Shown in pieces: positions 46,507-57,281 of a stretch of 64,000 nt of DNA. Made by a program: the position numbers and the translations under genes. This DNA comes from a virus, in IMG/VR virus record IMGVR_UViG_3300020203_000008, positions 1-64,000 of that record. One strand, 5' to 3'. Each line of letters begins with the position of its first letter. Position 1 is the first letter of the stretch. The notes under the pieces are model-generated. The model ran no database searches and was not told where the DNA came from. It saw nothing but the letters and a program-made list of their open reading frames with translations.

Positions 46507-47204
46507 GGATTATCGTAGGATGTCCTGTTCGAGATAGAGCTTGGGTCCTGCCTCACTGGTTCCAATACATCGAAGAAGCTTTTAGCGCAATCGGTGAAGA
46601 ACCCGAATATGCGTTTGTAATTGGGACTTGCACGGATAATAGTCTGGAAGTAATTCGAAACCACACGAGTAATAGGACTTGGATCTCTTCCCGATCTGAA
46701 GAACCACCGATTGACATGCAGTACCGTCAGTGGGGCGAAGACCGTTACGTTCAGATGACCGCCGCACGAAACGAACTGCTGTCATTAGTTCGACATGAGT
46801 CACCTGATCTTTTTCTAAGCATTGACTCAGATATTCTAATCAATCCCAACACCCTTCCACTACTCATCGAAGACCTCAATGAGTTCGATGCAGTAGGGGG
46901 CAAGCTTTATATGACTCCTGATGGAGTAGTGGCTCCCAGTTATGCTTTCTATCAAGCGATGGGTGGCTTAATTCGTCCAGATGCTGATGGGTTCTTTCAG
47001 ACTGAGATAATTATGGCCCTTAAGCTAATGACTCCCGCTGCTTATAACATTGATTATCAAACTCATAGTCAGGGTGAGGATATCGGTTTCTCAATTAATT
47101 GTCGTCAACATGGCCTAAGGCTAGGTTGGGATGGTCGTGTATGCAACAAGCATGTGATGCTTCCGGAGCAACTTACGCAGGTGGACCCACGATGCGGATA
47201 TTGA
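46503..47204 (+). CDS. GT-A glycosyltransferase
   Basis: CPVRDR, ARN, SIDSD, GEDIGF. Confidence 0.85.
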   Translation: MRIIVGCPVRDRAWVLPHWFQYIEEAFSAIGEEPEYAFVIGTCTDNSLEVIRNHTSNRTWISSRSEEPPIDMQYRQWGEDRYVQMTAARNELLSLVRHESPDLFLSIDSDILINPNTLPLLIEDLNEFDAVGGKLYMTPDGVVAPSYAFYQAMGGLIRPDADGFFQTEIIMALKLMTPAAYNIDYQTHSQGEDIGFSINCRQHGLRLGWDGRVCNKHVMLPEQLTQVDPRCGY

Positions 47205-47968
47205 GCCCAGGTGTAGATGTTGTCGTTTGTAATTACCGGACTCCTGGAGATCTTGCAGCCTTCATAGATCATTACGATCCCGAGATCCCAAATACGCTTC
47301 ACGTATCAGACGTAGATCCGATCGAACCGTATCCAATCGAAGAGTCCCTGAACGTCCGGTACTTTTCCCACAACTTCAATCTTGGCTATGCCCGAGCGGT
47401 CAACTATGCCGTCGCCCGTGGGAACCGAGAGACTGTCGCCATTTTCAATGCAGACACCGAACTCCGACCCGGAGTCCTGGAGGACTTGGCTGAGCAGATC
47501 CAACTTAACGACGATTGGGGTGCGGTGGGTCCACGTCAGGTCGATGGCTACGGAAGAATCACACATGCTGGGATCTTTGGAACGCTGGAACAACCAGCCC
47601 ATCGAGGTTGGCAGTCATCTGATAACTTTGAATATGAGGACGTAAGAACTGATGCTGTGACCATCTCTGGTTCGGCTTACGTCATTCGGCGTGAAGTCTG
47701 GGAGGAGATGACGAATTGTCCTTTCTATAAGAGGACAGCGCCGGAAGCAGAAGGGGCCTTCCTCCCGACGAATCACTACTACGAGGAAACTTATTGCTCA
47801 TACCATTTGCACGCGCATGATTATAAAGTGGTTTATTACGGACCAGCGTGCATGATCCACCAATGGCATCGAGCTTCTCCTGTCGGCGGCTGGGCCGAAC
47901 AGCAGATGGCTGAATCTCAGGCGACCTTCCGTGCCGCCTGTGACCTACATGGTATTGCTCACAATTGA
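47192..47968 (+). CDS. GT2 glycosyltransferase
   Basis: NLGYARAVN, FNADT, YYEETY. Confidence 0.9.
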   Translation: MRILSPGVDVVVCNYRTPGDLAAFIDHYDPEIPNTLHVSDVDPIEPYPIEESLNVRYFSHNFNLGYARAVNYAVARGNRETVAIFNADTELRPGVLEDLAEQIQLNDDWGAVGPRQVDGYGRITHAGIFGTLEQPAHRGWQSSDNFEYEDVRTDAVTISGSAYVIRREVWEEMTNCPFYKRTAPEAEGAFLPTNHYYEETYCSYHLHAHDYKVVYYGPACMIHQWHRASPVGGWAEQQMAESQATFRAACDLHGIAHN

Positions 47969-48210
47969 TGTCTCTCTCAGAGGACCAGAAGCAACAGTTC
48001 AGGGATGCTGTAGCCGTTGTGACCGCAGCCTTCAACGATGAAGTCTTGATGGACGAACTATTGGATGACCTAGAGGGTCGTCAGGTTGTTTATGGTCTCA
48101 TCGGAATCATCGGATCGTTACTGGCCTGGGTTCAACAGACCACTGGTGAACCACCTTCAAGAATTATTCAGTTCATGGCTTCTAGGTTGGAAGAAGTGGA
48201 AGAAGAGTAA
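47965..48210 (+). CDS. Hypothetical protein
   Basis: Overlaps the upstream gene. Confidence 0.55.
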   Translation: MMSLSEDQKQQFRDAVAVVTAAFNDEVLMDELLDDLEGRQVVYGLIGIIGSLLAWVQQTTGEPPSRIIQFMASRLEEVEEE

Positions 48211-48578
48211 ACTTCGATTGAGACCTCGTCAGCGTCTATTTGACTATAATAGTTTACAGTTGTCAGTAAAGACGTAGTGTTTTGGGCGTTTTACGCCTTT
48301 CTTGGCGGGTCTAGATCTCCATACAGCGCTCTGACCTGCTGAAACTCGTCAACCTTGAAACTATGAATTAAATGCCATGTTATGTGGCGAACCCTACAGC
48401 GTTCTGACCAGCACTTTAGCGACATGAGTGGATTGTGGGAGCCTAGAATCACGCGAAAGTGCTGGTCAGGGGTTTGCCATAGACGGGTCTATTAGTAGAG
48501 TTTATCGGTACGCATTCTTCCATCTCAACTGAACATCAGTTTTGTTGTCGAGTAAGTCCTGGTCAGGAGGCTGTAATT

Positions 48579-49331
48579 ATGGGTGATCGTAAAAGTGCTG
48601 GTGAGAGGTATATAGCAATAAACACTCAAAAACTTGCGAAGAACGTTGTTGCGATCATGCCAGTTCGCAACGAAGCAGATCGATGGCTAGCCCCAGTCCT
48701 TCGAAACCTCATTCCGAGGGTCAACGAAGTTCTGGTCTATGACGATCGGTCGAGCGACAACACCATTGAGATCGCCTCAAGCTTCAAGGCGGTCACTGTG
48801 GTCAAACGCCAACCTGGCGAACCAAGCTTCACCCAGCACGAAGGAAGATTTAGGCAAGGGCTATGGAATGCCTATATCGACCACTTTGCTCCCAGTGAAG
48901 GGGATTGGGTGCTCACCATCGACGCTGACGAAATGCTGGTAGGCCGACTCGATGTGACCCGCTATCCAGAACTTTCAGTAACTATGCCAATTCCAGAAGT
49001 CTGGGGATTTGACGAATATGGGCATCCTCTGATCAGGACGGATGGATACTGGAATGAACAGAAAGCTCCTCGGCTGTTCCAGCACCAAAGAGGTGGAAGA
49101 TTTTCCGATAAGCCTATGGCTTCCGGCTCGACCCCTACATACGTGTTGAATGCCCCTACGTTCGCCGTAGAGGACCTATGGCTGCTACACTATGGGTACG
49201 CTGAACCTGAGGACAGGGAAGCCAAATACAAGCGTTATACGAGCCATTCCTTTGGACATAATCCTGTTCACATAGAGTCCATTTTACAAACACCGACCCT
49301 AGAGACCTGGCAAGGACCAATGCCCTTATGA
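48579..49331 (+). CDS. GT2 glycosyltransferase
   Basis: MPVRNEA, DDRSSDNT, IDADE, LLHYGY. Confidence 0.9.
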   Translation: MGDRKSAGERYIAINTQKLAKNVVAIMPVRNEADRWLAPVLRNLIPRVNEVLVYDDRSSDNTIEIASSFKAVTVVKRQPGEPSFTQHEGRFRQGLWNAYIDHFAPSEGDWVLTIDADEMLVGRLDVTRYPELSVTMPIPEVWGFDEYGHPLIRTDGYWNEQKAPRLFQHQRGGRFSDKPMASGSTPTYVLNAPTFAVEDLWLLHYGYAEPEDREAKYKRYTSHSFGHNPVHIESILQTPTLETWQGPMPL

Positions 49332-49936
49332 GTTCCGCAGCCTGCATCATTAGTACATACGGAGATTATGGTACATGGGGACCCAAGGCAGAAAACGCTG
49401 CCAGGTCCGCTGATCTCCAAAGTTGGTCCTTTGACCAGGTAATTTGCTCGCACGGAGAAACCCTCCATGAAGCCAGAAACAATGGAGCCGATCTAGCTCA
49501 CACCGAATGGCTCGTTTTTTTGGACGCGGATGACGAATTAGATTATAAGTATTGCGAGTCAATGTTAAACGGGAAGGGGGATATTCGACAGCCAGCGACC
49601 TTAGGGATCGTGAACGGAGTCGAAGATGACTTCCCAGTAGTGATCCCCGAACGGAACCTGGCAGAGGCTAACTACATTGTGATTGGGGCCTTTGTAAGGA
49701 GGGAGCAATTCCTTCGTGTTGGTGGGTTTGATGCATACCCTGTTCTTGAAGACTGGGCACTGTGGATCAAGTGCAAGTTGGATGGAGCCAGCATTCTTCC
49801 TTGTCCTGAAGCCATTTACCGGGTTCATGTGAACCTAGAGGGTCGAAACAACCAAGCTGACTTGCACGGTCAGGTGTACTCACAGATTAGGCAGCAGTAT
49901 GGCGAGAGTCTCCGTAATCTTTCCGTGTCTGCCTGA
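49328..49936 (+). CDS. GT2 glycosyltransferase
   Basis: ARNNG, FLDADD, GGFD, EDWALW. Confidence 0.9.
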   Translation: MSSAACIISTYGDYGTWGPKAENAARSADLQSWSFDQVICSHGETLHEARNNGADLAHTEWLVFLDADDELDYKYCESMLNGKGDIRQPATLGIVNGVEDDFPVVIPERNLAEANYIVIGAFVRREQFLRVGGFDAYPVLEDWALWIKCKLDGASILPCPEAIYRVHVNLEGRNNQADLHGQVYSQIRQQYGESLRNLSVSA

Positions 49937-50606
49937 CGGCCAATGGCGCGACCAGGTGTTCGAGTGGATCACCCGGCGATATGAGACTTTGTGGCCTGAG
50001 TTTGAGCTTTGCATTGGCTCAAATGACGACGACCCATTCTCTCGATCTAAGGCTAAAAATGAAGCCTATAGGAAGGCAACGGGGGAAATTATAATCATAA
50101 ATGATGCAGATACGTTCTGCAATCGTCAGTTCCTAGAACTGGCGCTGGAGCAAGTGGTATCCGGCCAATCTCCATGGGTGCTTCCATATCGCACCTATTA
50201 TAATCTCGCTCAAGGTTTCACGGAAAGGGTGATTGAACGACCTCCTACAATAGAACTCTCGGAACGAGAACTGGAGTTTGATTTCCGAGTTGACGAGCAG
50301 AGGCATCCTCCCGATGGTTCGGTCGCTGGAGTCCTCGTTATGCCACGAGAAGCGTTTGACGCTGTGGACGGGTATGACGAGAATTTCCGCGGCTGGGGCT
50401 ACGAGGACGATGCCTTTGCTTGTGCCCTAGATACCCTCTGGGGGTATCACGACCGCATATCTAGTGGGTTCTGCACTCATCTATGGCATCCACCGGCTCC
50501 GGACGGGGATTTCAAAAATCCCCATATGTTCAGCAACCGGAAGCTGTGGGAGGATTATCGTTTGGCTGCAAACAATCCCGACAGAATGCGACAAATTCGT
50601 ATCTAA
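49899..50606 (+). CDS. GT2/GT7C galactosyltransferase-like protein
   Basis: FSRSKAKN, DAD, GYDENFRGWGYEDD, HLWH. Confidence 0.9.
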   Translation: MARVSVIFPCLPDGQWRDQVFEWITRRYETLWPEFELCIGSNDDDPFSRSKAKNEAYRKATGEIIIINDADTFCNRQFLELALEQVVSGQSPWVLPYRTYYNLAQGFTERVIERPPTIELSERELEFDFRVDEQRHPPDGSVAGVLVMPREAFDAVDGYDENFRGWGYEDDAFACALDTLWGYHDRISSGFCTHLWHPPAPDGDFKNPHMFSNRKLWEDYRLAANNPDRMRQIRI

Positions 50607-50645
50607 AAATAGTACATACCGGTACTTATATGCTATTATCCTTGT

Positions 50646-51878
50646 ATGAAGATTTCAGTTGTCGGATTAGGGAAGTTGGGAGCCCCTCTGGCTGCGGTAC
50701 TTTCAGGGGCTGGACATTCCGTTATCGGAATTGATAACAACCCATCAACAGTAGAGCAGATCAATCAGATGCTTGCTCCCGTTCCCGAACCGGGGTTGCA
50801 GGGACTCCTTAGCAAGTTCCCCTTCCCAGCCTATACCGATTACTTTCAGATTAATGAGACGGATCTGACGATCATAATTGTTCCAACGCCTTCTGGCCCG
50901 GATGGCGGTTTCGTTAATGATTACGTGCTAGCTGCCATCGATAAGGTGGGAGAACAACTTCGCTATAAGAATTCCTATCATACGGTTGTGATTGCAAGCA
51001 CACTCATGCCTGGATCATGTGAGAAGTATATTGTTCCAGCACTAGAGGAAGCTAGCGGCATAGAGGTAGGAGAATATCTAGGCTTTTGTTATAGCCCTGA
51101 GTTCATTGCTCTTGGCTCAGTGGTAAATGATCTGTCGAACCCGGACATGGTGCTTATCGGCCAAGTGGACGATCGGTCTGGCGCTTCTCTCCAGGAAGTA
51201 ATGGAAGAGGTAGTTCGTTCCAGCGTTCCTTTCTATCGACTGACTCTTACTGAAGCAGAACTTGCGAAGATTGCAGTTAACTCGTATATCACCATGAAGA
51301 TCAGTTTTGCTAACACCATTGGTGAGATGTGTGAGAGCTACGATAATACGGAAGCGAGCAACGTAGTCAATGCAATCGGGGCAGATGCTCGTATCGGAGT
51401 GAAGTATCTTGCTCCCGCTACAGCATATGGTGGTCCATGTTTCCCTCGCGATCAGAGAGCTTTCGCCAAAGCTGCTCAAGAAGTTGGGGTTGATGCTCTT
51501 CTGTCCGGTGCAGCCGATGGCATTAATCAACGTCAGATCCAACGGGTAACTGATCTTGCCACGAAGGGAATTAGGACAGGTTCCAAGATTGCCATTTTGG
51601 GTCTCTCGTATAAGTCAGGAACTCCAGTCAGCGAAGAATCGGCTGGAATGCTTATCAGTAGAGAACTTGAGGAACGTGGTTATAGGGTTGAAGCCTATGA
51701 TCCTCTTATAAGTCCGGGAACCGTTTCGCTGGGGTCTGTTCTAGCGGATGCTGAAGTTGCAGTTATTACTATTCCAGAAAATGACTTTTCGTTTTTGCCT
51801 GACTTTGAAGGTCGAGTCATTGATTGTTGGGGTGTCTGCACGAACCCAAATACGTTTCGGATTGGGGTTGGAGCGTGA
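50646..51878 (+). CDS. ugd: UDP-glucose/GDP-mannose dehydrogenase
   Basis: GLGKLG, VPTP, SPEF, KISFAN, YGGPCFPRD, LGLSYK. Confidence 0.92.
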   Translation: MKISVVGLGKLGAPLAAVLSGAGHSVIGIDNNPSTVEQINQMLAPVPEPGLQGLLSKFPFPAYTDYFQINETDLTIIIVPTPSGPDGGFVNDYVLAAIDKVGEQLRYKNSYHTVVIASTLMPGSCEKYIVPALEEASGIEVGEYLGFCYSPEFIALGSVVNDLSNPDMVLIGQVDDRSGASLQEVMEEVVRSSVPFYRLTLTEAELAKIAVNSYITMKISFANTIGEMCESYDNTEASNVVNAIGADARIGVKYLAPATAYGGPCFPRDQRAFAKAAQEVGVDALLSGAADGINQRQIQRVTDLATKGIRTGSKIAILGLSYKSGTPVSEESAGMLISRELEERGYRVEAYDPLISPGTVSLGSVLADAEVAVITIPENDFSFLPDFEGRVIDCWGVCTNPNTFRIGVGA

Positions 51879-52702
51879 CCAGAGGCATGATTCGATGCCC
51901 ATATCTTGGAAATTCTGGACGACTGGGGAATCAGCTCTGGCAGATTGCTGGCACCATCGGAATTGCTGCTGCTACGGACAAAGATTTTTGTTTTCCTGAA
52001 TGGGCATATGAGCGATATTTTTCTGTATCATCCGATTGGTTTCTCCCCCAAGAAGCTCTGTACGGAGAAGATGTAAGCATATTTGCTCGACAGATTGATC
52101 AGCGTGCCAAGGTCTATTTGCAAGACTATGGACTTTGGCGAGAGGTGAGGGAGCAGGTATATGAAGTTCTACAACCAACGTTGGAAGCAAAGGCTGAATT
52201 AGCCTCTCCTAAATACGAACAGTATTACTTGCTCCCTCATCCTCTACTTGTAATCCACGTAAGACGTGGTGACAATGCTACGGCTCACTTAAGAAATGAG
52301 GACGGACATCACCCACTTCGTCCCATGAGCTACTACAGAGAAGCAATTGAACTCCAGGAATATCGCTCTATCGCTATATTTTCGGATGACCTTCCGTGGT
52401 GCAGGGATGCGTTTCAGGATATAGATGCTTACTTCTTTGAAGGTGGATCAGCTCGTCCTAAGGAACATGAGCCTGAATACGCGACAGCACCAGTGGAAGA
52501 TTGGATTGACCTAATAGCAATGGAAAACGCCGACTCCTTCATCATGTCCAACAGTTCTTATTCTTGGTGGGGAGCTTTTCTCTCTGGCTCTGAAGGCAAG
52601 AACATTATCTACCCATGGCCTTTCTTTGGCCCTAAGCTTGACTATCTTGACGCGTCAATCATGTTCCCAGAGGATTGGAGAAAGCTTCCTCATGTTATTT
52701 AG
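51875..52702 (+). CDS. Alpha-1,2-fucosyltransferase-like protein (GT11)
   Basis: GRLGNQLW, IHVRRGD, FSDDLPWC, NSSYSWWGA. Confidence 0.92.
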   Translation: MTRGMIRCPYLGNSGRLGNQLWQIAGTIGIAAATDKDFCFPEWAYERYFSVSSDWFLPQEALYGEDVSIFARQIDQRAKVYLQDYGLWREVREQVYEVLQPTLEAKAELASPKYEQYYLLPHPLLVIHVRRGDNATAHLRNEDGHHPLRPMSYYREAIELQEYRSIAIFSDDLPWCRDAFQDIDAYFFEGGSARPKEHEPEYATAPVEDWIDLIAMENADSFIMSNSSYSWWGAFLSGSEGKNIIYPWPFFGPKLDYLDASIMFPEDWRKLPHVI

Positions 52703-53318
52703 CCTGCAAGAGTTGCATCAGAAGTACAATATGGAGATTAGAGGCATTCTTCATCTTGGTGCTCATCTGGGAGAAGAAGCTCAAGACTACGAGAATCTTT
52801 TCGTTAAGAACGTCTGGTGGGTTGAAGCTAATCCTCACGTAATGGACAAGCTCCGTGAGAACCTGCGTCCATACAACCATCACTTGATTCAGGCACTCTT
52901 AACGGATGTAGATGGAGAATTCCGGAACTTCAACATTACTAACTATGATGGTATGTCTTCCTCTATCTTTGAGTTTGGTAAGCTTCACCTTGATAGCTCT
53001 CCGGATACTCAGTTTGTGGACACCGCTTTGCTGGAGTCACGCACGGTTGATTCTTTAGTGGCAGAATTTAATATTACCGATTGCAACTTCCTAAACATGG
53101 ATCTTCAAGGTGCTGAGGTGTTGGTCCTTCAGGGAGCGGTCAAGACGATAGAGTCCATTGATTACGTTTACACCGAAGTCAACATCGGTGAGGTATATGA
53201 AGGCTGCGGCAAGATGTGGCAGATCGATGACTTCCTGAGCGATTTCGACCGCGTTGAAACCTATATGACTCCCGCCCAATGGGGGGATGCTCTATACATT
53301 CGAAGGAGTCTTAGGTGA
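52692..53318 (+). CDS. FkbM-family methyltransferase
   Basis: HLGAHLGEE, VEANP, MDLQGAE, YTEVN, WGDALY. Confidence 0.9.
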   Translation: MLFSLQELHQKYNMEIRGILHLGAHLGEEAQDYENLFVKNVWWVEANPHVMDKLRENLRPYNHHLIQALLTDVDGEFRNFNITNYDGMSSSIFEFGKLHLDSSPDTQFVDTALLESRTVDSLVAEFNITDCNFLNMDLQGAEVLVLQGAVKTIESIDYVYTEVNIGEVYEGCGKMWQIDDFLSDFDRVETYMTPAQWGDALYIRRSLR

Positions 53319-54676
53319 GATTCAAGATCATCTCGGTTGGTTGGAACTGTTCCCAGTTCATGGAGCGCACGTTGGAGTCTATTGAGAAGCAGACGCTTAA
53401 GAATTGGGATGTGGGTATAGCTTACGACCCATCTCCCGAGGATGGCGGCAAGGAGATCATCGAGAAGTGGTGTGCCCAGGATCCTGAGCATAGGAAGTTC
53501 CGGCTGAATGAAGACCATCTGTATGCAGCCCACAATCAGTACGACATGATTAGGGCTCTAGAACCAGAGGAAGATGACATCATTGTATTTCTGGATCTGG
53601 ATGGAGATAAGTTTTCCCATAACAAAGTATTAGAGCGGCTTCGTGATGCTTACGCTGAAGGCAATCTAGTTACCTATGGTCAGTATCGGCCCATTCCAGA
53701 TCAGGGTACTTCGACTTTTGCTAAGCGTTACCCTCTAGAGGTAGATGAGAACGGCACATATCGTGCTCATACTCGTGCCTATGGATGTTGCTTCAACCAT
53801 CTAAGAACGATGTCTGCTCGTATTGCTCTGGCTATTCCAGAGAACAACTTCAAGTATGGCAATGGAATCTGGTATGAGGGTGGCACAGATTATGTGTTTA
53901 TGCTTGCCGGTTTAGAGCTATCTGGTGGCAAATACAAGTGCTTCGATGAGGTGCTTCTTGACTATAACCATGCTAATCCTTTTGCTGACAACCTAACCCA
54001 TCCCGCTGACTCAGATAGAACGGTGTTGGACTTCCTGAGTAACACACCATTACAACCGCTCTCACCGAAAGAGGTACCAGTGCCTGAAGTCGAAGAAGTT
54101 GTTGCGGAAACACCAGTTGTTCGCTACCTTGACGCAGAGGAGCGCCGGGTTATTCTTGCTCAGTACGGTCGTGATTGGAGCATGAGTATCCTCATTGAAA
54201 CAGGCACTAATAATGGGGACACGCCTCTTACGTTGAAGGATAACTTCTGGCGCGTGTATACCATTGAGCTGTACCGGCCCCTATTCGATGAGTCTCGTAG
54301 GCGTCTTGCTCCCTACGAGAATATTACTTGTCTGCTTGGTGATTCCACTAAAGTTCTACCGGAATTATTAGGAAAGATCCAGGAAAGTGCCCTGATTTGG
54401 CTGGACGGTCATTGCAGTGGTCCGGGTACCGGTCGTGGCGACCTGGATACTCCGGTAGTCCAGGAACTGGAGGCACTCTTCGAAGACGTTGATCGTGGGA
54501 TCCATCACGTCATTCTCGTGGACGACGCTCGGATCTTTGATGGGCAGCCAGAGCATGAGGACGAGCCACACTATGCCGACTACCCGACTCTGGAATGGAT
54601 CGAAGATCTGGCTAATGCCCATAATTACGACTATGAGATGAAGGACGATATCGTCCGTCTCACTCCTCGCGTATGA
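53315..54676 (+). CDS. GT2 fused to a SAM-methyltransferase-like domain
   Basis: FLDLDGD N-domain; IETGTNNG, GDS, WLDGH, ILVDDAR C-domain. Confidence 0.85.
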   Translation: MRFKIISVGWNCSQFMERTLESIEKQTLKNWDVGIAYDPSPEDGGKEIIEKWCAQDPEHRKFRLNEDHLYAAHNQYDMIRALEPEEDDIIVFLDLDGDKFSHNKVLERLRDAYAEGNLVTYGQYRPIPDQGTSTFAKRYPLEVDENGTYRAHTRAYGCCFNHLRTMSARIALAIPENNFKYGNGIWYEGGTDYVFMLAGLELSGGKYKCFDEVLLDYNHANPFADNLTHPADSDRTVLDFLSNTPLQPLSPKEVPVPEVEEVVAETPVVRYLDAEERRVILAQYGRDWSMSILIETGTNNGDTPLTLKDNFWRVYTIELYRPLFDESRRRLAPYENITCLLGDSTKVLPELLGKIQESALIWLDGHCSGPGTGRGDLDTPVVQELEALFEDVDRGIHHVILVDDARIFDGQPEHEDEPHYADYPTLEWIEDLANAHNYDYEMKDDIVRLTPRV

Positions 54677-55674
54677 AGAAGCTAAATGATTTTGCTGCTA
54701 ACTCCTACTCACAGTTTGGTGAGGATGGGATTATCCAGTACATCTTCTCGATCATTGGGGAGAAGTCGCGTAAGTGTGCAGAGTTCGGTGCCGGGGATGG
54801 AATTGGCTGCTCTAACACCAAGCTTCTCCGGGATCATGGATGGGAGGCGACTCTTGTTGAAGCTGACCCCGATCGGTTCGAGCAACTAGTCATTAATGCG
54901 CCTGAATCTCATTGCATCCCAGGCACGGTCACGCCCGGCAATATTAATTTACTAGTTGAAGGCGGATACGATTTTGTTTCCATTGACGTGGACGGCGATG
55001 ATTATGCCATCTTCGAAGCAATGGAGTCTGCCCCTCCCCCGAGGGTGGTCTGCATTGAATACAACGGGTCAATTCCGCCTCATGTAAATCTACGTCAGGC
55101 TAATCTCGGAGAAGGATTTGGTGCTTCTGCCGCTGCTTTGGTCGAGTTGGCTGTCGCCAAGAGATATGCATTTATAGGAATGACCAAAGGGAACCTGTTC
55201 TTTGTAATGCGAGACGAGCCACTATACGATTTTGAGGCTAATGACACTGATCTTGAATCACTATTTGATGGGTCTGATCTCGTCTATACGGTGAGCGACT
55301 ATCAGGGTAGGACATTGTTCGTAGGAGGGGATCTTCCTTGGGGAATGGCTGAACCCTTTGTGGGCGAGACAACAGGTGTCCCTACGCGTGTGGCTACTGC
55401 CAACATGGCAACCCTTAGGACGGCGTTTGAAGCGCGTTACGGAAACTCGGTCTTTCTACCGGCAGACTGGGAATTCAATCTTAGTGATACATTAGGTAGG
55501 GGTCCGGTTCTATTGAAAGAGATTCTTGAAGCTAGACCAGCACCACCTCTGGTCCTCATTGATGTCTCTAACCTAGGAGATAGTTGTAGATGGATCGAAG
55601 GAATGGCAATAACATTAGGATATAGATTCTTTGTAGGCAGCGGACTTGTTGCCTTAGTCTGGAGAGAACAATGA
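54673..55674 (+). CDS. FkbM-like methyltransferase
   Basis: YSQFGEDGII, EFGAGDG, SIDVDGDD, IEYN. Confidence 0.85.
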   Translation: MKKLNDFAANSYSQFGEDGIIQYIFSIIGEKSRKCAEFGAGDGIGCSNTKLLRDHGWEATLVEADPDRFEQLVINAPESHCIPGTVTPGNINLLVEGGYDFVSIDVDGDDYAIFEAMESAPPPRVVCIEYNGSIPPHVNLRQANLGEGFGASAAALVELAVAKRYAFIGMTKGNLFFVMRDEPLYDFEANDTDLESLFDGSDLVYTVSDYQGRTLFVGGDLPWGMAEPFVGETTGVPTRVATANMATLRTAFEARYGNSVFLPADWEFNLSDTLGRGPVLLKEILEARPAPPLVLIDVSNLGDSCRWIEGMAITLGYRFFVGSGLVALVWREQ

Positions 55675-56429
55675 GTGTCCCTGAAGTGTCTATCGTGATA
55701 CTTAGCTATTTCCATCCTGAAGTAACAGACGTTTGTCTCAGAACGCTTGAGCAGACGAATGGCTCCTATGAGGTGATCGTTGTTGACAATGGCAGCGACC
55801 CGGAAACGGTGGCGTCCCTAAACCAACACAAGGCAGATGGACGTATTGATGTCCTCGTTCTAGAGCCTCAGAACCATATGTTTTCTGAGGGCAACAACAT
55901 AGGTGTGCGTAATTCGAATTCAGCATCTAAGTACATATTGCTACTTAATTCTGACGTTGGATTCATTCGTCCTGACTGGCTGGAGAAGCAGTTGGCATGG
56001 ATGGAAGGAACGATCGTTCATAAGCCTACGATCTGGAATGCTCACCCAACGCAGCCGACGCCAGGTCCAAAGGACATTGTGTCTTACGGCTGGTCGCATG
56101 ACATCAATGTGGAAGGTAACGCGCGACCTGAAGGCTGGTGCATCATGTTCCGCCGTGAATGGTGGAAGGAGATGAGCACCGACTTCCCATGGTATTACGG
56201 ATTCGAAGAGATGGTTGCGGGACAGGCAAGGGCAGGGGCGCGAGTTGGCGTTCTGTTTAATTATGCACCCTACTGCATCCATCGGGAACAGGGTTCTAAG
56301 CCTGCCGTCGCTCCGGATATCAGGAATGCCCGCACTCCAGATATGACCGCTTGGTTTTCTGGTGTGAGAATCGAGACCATGGACTTTACCTTGGGTCCGA
56401 ATGAACACGATTCGTACTTGACTTGGTAG
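55671..56429 (+). CDS. GT2 glycosyltransferase
   Basis: VIVVDNGS, FSEGNNIG, LLNSD. Confidence 0.9.
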   Translation: MSVPEVSIVILSYFHPEVTDVCLRTLEQTNGSYEVIVVDNGSDPETVASLNQHKADGRIDVLVLEPQNHMFSEGNNIGVRNSNSASKYILLLNSDVGFIRPDWLEKQLAWMEGTIVHKPTIWNAHPTQPTPGPKDIVSYGWSHDINVEGNARPEGWCIMFRREWWKEMSTDFPWYYGFEEMVAGQARAGARVGVLFNYAPYCIHREQGSKPAVAPDIRNARTPDMTAWFSGVRIETMDFTLGPNEHDSYLTW

Positions 56430-56439
56430 TGGAGGAATA

Positions 56440-57042
56440 ATGGGATACGAAGTTCTAGCTGAACGATACGAGATGCTCTGCAAGTCTGAGGGCGTCTACT
56501 CAGATATCAATGAGCATTTGCCCACATTTGTAGAGGCAGTCAAGGAGGTTGACGCCAAGAAGGTAATCGAACTTGGTACGCGATATGGGGTCTCCACCAT
56601 TGCGTGGCTGTATGCCCTTAAGGACCAAGGTGATCTCTGGGCTGTGGATTGCAGCTTTCCCGTAGCATCACCGCAGTACCCAGACACGAATCTCCTGGAT
56701 CCTCAGGGGCCGCTAGGAGTTATGCCGCACTGGGTCTTCCTGCTTGGCTATGACACACAGCAGGCGATATTGGATGCTCTGCCTCAAAAAGTAGACATCG
56801 TGTTCATTGACACAAATCATGTCTACGAGGAGACGCTTGTGGAGCTTGATCTCTATTATCAGCGGGTACGTAAGGGTGGACGAATCTTCCTCCATGACAC
56901 CGCTATCGAGACAACGGGCAATGCTACCGCTCCGCAGCCTCCTTATCCGGTCCGAACGGCAATGCAGGAATTCTGCGAGAAGAACGATCTTAAGTTCTCC
57001 AACGTGGATAACTGCATGGGCCTTGGTACCATTTACTGCTAA
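56440..57042 (+). CDS. Class I SAM methyltransferase (Methyltransf_24-like)
   Basis: ELGTRYGVS, FIDTNHVYE, GGRIFLHDT. Confidence 0.9.
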   Translation: MGYEVLAERYEMLCKSEGVYSDINEHLPTFVEAVKEVDAKKVIELGTRYGVSTIAWLYALKDQGDLWAVDCSFPVASPQYPDTNLLDPQGPLGVMPHWVFLLGYDTQQAILDALPQKVDIVFIDTNHVYEETLVELDLYYQRVRKGGRIFLHDTAIETTGNATAPQPPYPVRTAMQEFCEKNDLKFSNVDNCMGLGTIYC

Positions 57043-57281
57043 TGAAGAAATGCTACCGAGTCATTGCCGTATGGCAGGAACCTGTTTTTCTGAGACGTTT
57101 CCATCTTGTCATGACGTTTCTGTTTCTGGTGTTGCTCCCGATAGCGTTGGTTACGGGGCTTTCTAAGTCTGTTCCTTTTCTGGTTTTTCTTAGTCTTTGG
57201 GCTCTTGTGGCGGGGCATTGGTCGGCCTGGCAATCTGCCAGAGTAGAGGTAAAACAAGATGATCAAGCGAAAGGTGATTAA
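57042..57281 (+). CDS. Small membrane protein
   Basis: Two TM segments; TAATG coupling at both ends. Confidence 0.65.
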   Translation: MKKCYRVIAVWQEPVFLRRFHLVMTFLFLVLLPIALVTGLSKSVPFLVFLSLWALVAGHWSAWQSARVEVKQDDQAKGD

